Of a stretch of 64,000 bases of DNA, positions 59,983-64,000 are shown piece by piece. A program made the translations under genes and the position numbers. How positions within the stretch are numbered: position 1 is the stretch's first letter; each line of letters opens with the position of its first letter. The DNA is from a virus (lineage: Duplodnaviria; Caudoviricetes). The notes under the pieces are model-generated. The model had not been told where the DNA came from. It did no database searches and was given only the letters and a program-made list of their open reading frames with translations. The DNA is taken from positions 7,607 to 71,606 of the IMG/VR virus record IMGVR_UViG_2862799924_000001; one strand, 5' to 3'.

Positions 59983-62045
59983 TCAGTCCGGGAAGCCGGA
60001 CCACGAGGTGACCGGAACTCCGAGGGTGATGAGGTCTGCGTCCTCGTAGTAGGCGACGGGGTCGTACTCCGCGCGGTCGGCGTCGAACCACGGCGCGGGG
60101 TCCCCGAGGCGGCGCGGCGCCCATATGACTTCGACGCCGTCACGGGCCCGGTGGATCTTCACCTGGCGGCGGATGCCGTCCTCCGTAAACGTCCAGGTGT
60201 AGGGCTCAGGTGAACACATACACAGCGCCCTGGTCGGGCTTGCGAGACCGCGAGGGGGCGTCGGTCTGAAGCACTACGCGCACGAGGTTCCCGTCACGGT
60301 CTACGGTCTCGTACTCCTGAACGGTGTCACCCAGTTCGCGGCAGAGGCGTATGTCCCTCTCTCCGTCAGCGGTACTCATGCAGCACCACACTTCATTGAT
60401 CTCGATGTCGTACAGAGTGACGGCGTCCTTGATGAGCGTGATCATCACTTCCCCCTCAGGGCGTGCGGGTGAGATGGAATCGGTGCCCCGGTCTGCCTTG
60501 CGGCGTACGTCCGTGGTGACCGGACCGGGGCTGCGGGTCAGTGCCATTCGATCTCGATGCCGTCAAACCACCAGGCATCAGCGCTGCACAGATCCGGGCG
60601 GAATTTGTGCCAGAGAGCGACGGTTTTTCGGTAGCGCGGCAAGTCGTAGTACTCGCTGAGTCCGATTGATGACGCCCAGTCGCGCCACGATTCGCGCACC
60701 GTCCCGTACGCCCGGTCACTGATGTCGTAGCCCGTTGCCGGGTCGATGTCCTCAGGGGCAACGCCCTTCAACAGGCAGATCTGACGACGCTGTTCAGGCG
60801 TGCACCCTCCGCTGGCGACGACGGTGGCCATGAATGCGTTGAGTCCGCTCACGACGCCCGCCCCCTCGCGGTCGCCGCGACGGCCACCATGACCAGCGCG
60901 GCGGTGAGCAGCAGGTACAGGAACCAGTGGTCCCAGACCCAGACGACGATGGAGAGGATCATGACTGCCCCCTGTACGGGCCGCAGAACTGCGCGGGGAT
61001 CGGGGACATGTCTTCGGTGAGGCCGTCCGGACCGTTCTCGTTGCTGATCCAGAGACACAGGGCGATTTCGTTGGTCGCCGCGTCCCGCTCCTCCCGGGAG
61101 CCGAACGCCTGCACGTCGATGTCGCCTTCCGTGTATGTGGCCAGCCCGTACAGGGGGACACCCGGCAGGTTGCAGTGCGCGATGATCTGGTACGGCCAGC
61201 TGCCGAGGTCCCAGCCCTCTGAACCCCACGCCGAAATGGCGTGCCAGCCGCTTCCGAACAGTTCACCGATCCAGCCGTAGCCTTCGGGCGTACAGCCCCA
61301 GTCGTCTTCCTCGGGCAGTTCCGGCAGCAGATCGATCAGTTCCTTCATCACTCCCCCTCACGGATGTCGTCGGGCTCTTCCAGCGCGGCGGGGATCTCAA
61401 AGTCGCGGGCCCGCAGCAGCTTCCGCGCGATGCGCCGGACGTTCAGGTCGGTCGGCGTCTCGCGCCACCCGCCGCCGCTGCCGGACGGGGAGAGCGTCGC
61501 CCACACGTACACGTACGCCTCGAACTGATCCTGGCCCGTGCGTCCCGCGTAGTAGCGGTCCTCCACCTGCCCAAGGCTCAGGCGGGACAGCGTCTTGACG
61601 TCGCAGTCCTCGCAACGGCCCTCGAAGTGGTAGTTGTCCGGGGCGTCGAGAATCGGGCAGGTGGGCTTCTCGTCGGTGTGCAGCATGGGTTCCCCCGTGG
61701 GCGTGGGCTTTACGGGTGCCGGGTGAGAGGTGCAGAGCTGGGCGTCCACCGCATCGCGCCGCTGATGCGGGCCACGGTGTGACGCGGCGTCGGAACGGCG
61801 TCCGGAGTCGCCGTGCGCGGGTAGATCTCGTACGCGGTGTCGAGCACGTGACGCTCGCTCGCGCGGTAGGCCATCACGCGGCGGAACCTGCCGTTGATGA
61901 GGCGGAACGCCTTGCGGGGCTCGCGGCGGTAGACGCTGCGGTAGGTCTCGGCAGCGATGCGGCCGAACGGCGAGGCATAGCGCCAGTCAGCGGGGAGGCC
62001 CCGGGTGACCAGGTACTCAGCGACGGTGGTCTTCATGGTCCTCAC
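59983..62045 (-). CDS. run of early hypothetical genes (59983-60219, 60206-60445, 60538-60852, 60849-60962, 60959-61351, 61348-61686, 61710-62045)
   Basis: ORFs with RBS or coupled junctions downstream of the 62.1-kb promoter. Confidence 0.6.
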
Positions 62046-62067
62046 CCTTCCGGCTCTATTCCTACTA

Positions 62068-62115
62068 CCAGTATCACCCCAAGTGCTTGGGATGACAATA
62101 CCCCAAACACTTGGA
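62068..62115 (-). promoter_or_regulatory. leftward promoter with two operator palindromes
   Basis: Minus TTGTCA-17-GATACT; CCCAA-N4-TTGGR at 62078 and 62102. Confidence 0.7.
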
Positions 62116-62192
62116 ATGTTGACGGGATATGGAGGCGCACGCTCCGGCCAGGGAGGAGCCCCGGCGCCGCGAGGGCCGACCGGGGCTCGGAG

Positions 62193-62435
62193 TCAGTCCT
62201 GGAAGCAGGCGAAGTCGAAGGTGACATCGACACCGTTCTTGTCGGTGACCTCGATGTCCCAGACGATGCCGCGCTCCGCTCCCCGCGCGGCCAGCGCGCC
62301 GACACGCTCGATGCCGGACGCCGGAAGGGTGCGGACGATGGTTCCGTTGACCGTTCCGTAGCTGAGCGTGAAGGCCTGCACGAACCGCCCCGTCGTCAGG
62401 TCGCGGTTCAGCGTGCCGAGGTCGTGGATCGTCAT
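62193..62435 (-). CDS. hypothetical protein
   Basis: MTIHDLGTLN...DKNGVDVTFDFACF. Confidence 0.65.
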   Translation of the reverse strand: MTIHDLGTLNRDLTTGRFVQAFTLSYGTVNGTIVRTLPASGIERVGALAARGAERGIVWDIEVTDKNGVDVTFDFACFQD

Positions 62436-62622
62436 GACGCCCCCTTCAGGGCTGCGGTGGGATCTTGGGTGGCGCCCCGGCGCCCTGCGACAGGTGGCGG
62501 GCGACTTCCCCCGCCGGGGCTGTGTGCGGTCAGGCGTCCTGAGGTAGACGCGGACGAGGCGTGAGCCCCCTGGGAGGTCGAGGCCAGACTCCCGGAGGCG
62601 CGTCATGAGGCGCTCGCGATGG

Positions 62623-63255
62623 TCATCCGGCGTTCACCGCGTCCCAGATGGCGCGGCCGACGGTGCCGGGCTTCGCGTCGCCATTGGCGGACCGGGTGGC
62701 GCCGAAGGTCTTGCCGTTCCGCTCGGACCAGTAGTCGACGTGCGCCGGAGTGACGCCGGATGTCGCGCCCACGGTCCAGGGCGGGGCCGGGTGGATCGGG
62801 CTGACCGCGTACCGCTTGCCCTTGACGGTGATGATCCGTGTGGGCTCGCCCGTCCACGCCTTGGGACCGGCCTCCGACTCCTCCTCGGTTTCAGCGGGGG
62901 ACACGAAGCGCGTGGGGTGGGTGATTACGTCCCCCCGGCGGTCGTCGCGCACGGCCACGTAACCCGGTGCGGTGTGGATGTGGGCCACGGTGCCCGTAAA
63001 CGACGGCCGGCCGGGGTGCTGGACGACAACCGGCTGACCCTGCGTAAACCCTTCTGGCGCCGGAGCGTCGACGAGGACCAGGCGGACGGAACGGCCGTCC
63101 TTGTACTCGATGTCGTAGTCGGTGCGGGTGATGGAGGACATCGTGTGTACGGCGCGCTTGCCGTCCATCTGCGCGTGGTTGATCTCGTCCAGGCCCTGAC
63201 GCTTGCTGACGAATGCGGTGACGCCGTTCTCGGTGCGCTTGTAGAGCTTGGTCAT
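62623..63255 (-). CDS. hypothetical protein with SH3-like segment
   Basis: MTKLYKRTENG...; first gene after the leftward promoter. Confidence 0.65.
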   Translation of the reverse strand: MTKLYKRTENGVTAFVSKRQGLDEINHAQMDGKRAVHTMSSITRTDYDIEYKDGRSVRLVLVDAPAPEGFTQGQPVVVQHPGRPSFTGTVAHIHTAPGYVAVRDDRRGDVITHPTRFVSPAETEEESEAGPKAWTGEPTRIITVKGKRYAVSPIHPAPPWTVGATSGVTPAHVDYWSERNGKTFGATRSANGDAKPGTVGRAIWDAVNAG

Positions 63256-63287
63256 GACCCCCACCCCTTCGGTTCTTCCTTCTGCTT

Positions 63288-63371
63288 CCACTATCCATCC
63301 CACGTTCTTGGGATGCAATACCCCAAACACTTGGGGTGTGGTGATTCTTTCCGAGAGCCCAAACTCTTGGG
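63288..63371. promoter_or_regulatory. divergent promoter region with three operator palindromes
   Basis: CCCA(A/C)-N4-TTGGG at 63299, 63322, 63358; minus TTGCAT...GATAGT. Confidence 0.7.
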
Positions 63372-63378
63372 CTGTACC

Positions 63379-63663
63379 ATGAGCGGCATGGCCGACGACG
63401 TGACACCCGATGAAGAGATGGCGAAGCGCTTCGAGAAGTACCGGCGCCACCTGAAGGCAGAGCGCGAGATGCGGCCCGGGATCATGGCCGATGCGCTGGA
63501 GATGCTGCGCCGCGGCGCGGGCACGCAGGCGCTCGCGGACTGGACCGGCAAGACCGACGAGACGTTCCGGACCCTCGCCCGCAAGCACGGCATCGAGCCG
63601 CCGCCCGAGTACAAGAGCCGCTCGGAGAAGGCGAAGCGGCGGGCAGCCGGCGAGGGCGTCTGA
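63379..63663 (+). CDS. HTH protein, candidate repressor
   Basis: ALEMLRRGAGTQALADWTGKTDETFRTLARKHGI; divergent from the operators. Confidence 0.65.
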   Translation: MSGMADDVTPDEEMAKRFEKYRRHLKAEREMRPGIMADALEMLRRGAGTQALADWTGKTDETFRTLARKHGIEPPPEYKSRSEKAKRRAAGEGV

Positions 63664-63787
63664 CCCTGGGCCCGCGACGCGTACCGAACCTGCCAGGTAC
63701 GGGCCGCGGGGCATGAGGAAGGCACCCGGCCCGCAGTGGACGAGGCTCCTGTTAGCGTGCTGCACCTACAGCGAAAGGATCTTTGGC

Positions 63788-64000
63788 ATGGCCATCCCGC
63801 TGCGCAATGTCCGTGTGCCGGACGATCTGTGGAAGGCGGCCATGAAGAAGGCTGAAGCCGAGGGCCGGACAGTCACTTACGTGATCAACACGGCCCTGCG
63901 GAACTACATTGCGCAGCCGCCGCAGATTCTCAATGTGTCGGGCGCCGAAGCAGCCGCCACCGTCGACGCAGCGGTTGACCCGCCAGACTCAGGCACATGA
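63788..64000 (+). CDS. ribbon-helix-helix DNA-binding protein
   Basis: LRNVRVPDDLWKAAMKKAEAEGRTVTYVINTALRNYI. Confidence 0.8.
   Translation: MAIPLRNVRVPDDLWKAAMKKAEAEGRTVTYVINTALRNYIAQPPQILNVSGAEAAATVDAAVDPPDSGT

Overview
High-GC actinobacterial (most likely Streptomyces) temperate siphovirus or prophage, covering most of the genome, with nearly all genes on the minus strand. From left to right: lysis (holin truncated at the edge, amidase-LysM endolysin); tail genes (tip proteins, tape measure, -1 frameshifted chaperone pair, major tail); HK97-type head (capsid, protease, portal, TerL/TerS); an extra block of virion-like genes; a probable cos region and HNH; an Rpf-NlpC/P60-LysM gene; replication and early genes (helicase with repeat-rich origin, Prim-Pol, SSB, Cas4-like nuclease, EndoVII, two DNA MTases); a plasmid/AICE-type TraB-DUF2637 transfer module; and an immunity-like region with five palindromic operators. 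No integrase lies in the window. The most unusual element is at 50870-52745: a standalone RAMP/Cas7-like gene and a partner gene flanked by two non-coding arrays. On the transcribed strand these arrays are strict 5-nt-period (NN-GGY)n runs cut into 15 units by GGCAGGC, which suggests a phage RNA-guided system (VIPR-like) whose information is in the variable dinucleotides. The phage also carries a tRNA-Leu(UAA) (bldA anticodon), a tRNA-like RNA with a rebuilt anticodon arm, and BldC, SsgA, Lsr2 and Rpf homologues. All calls come from reading motifs by eye; no database searches were run.
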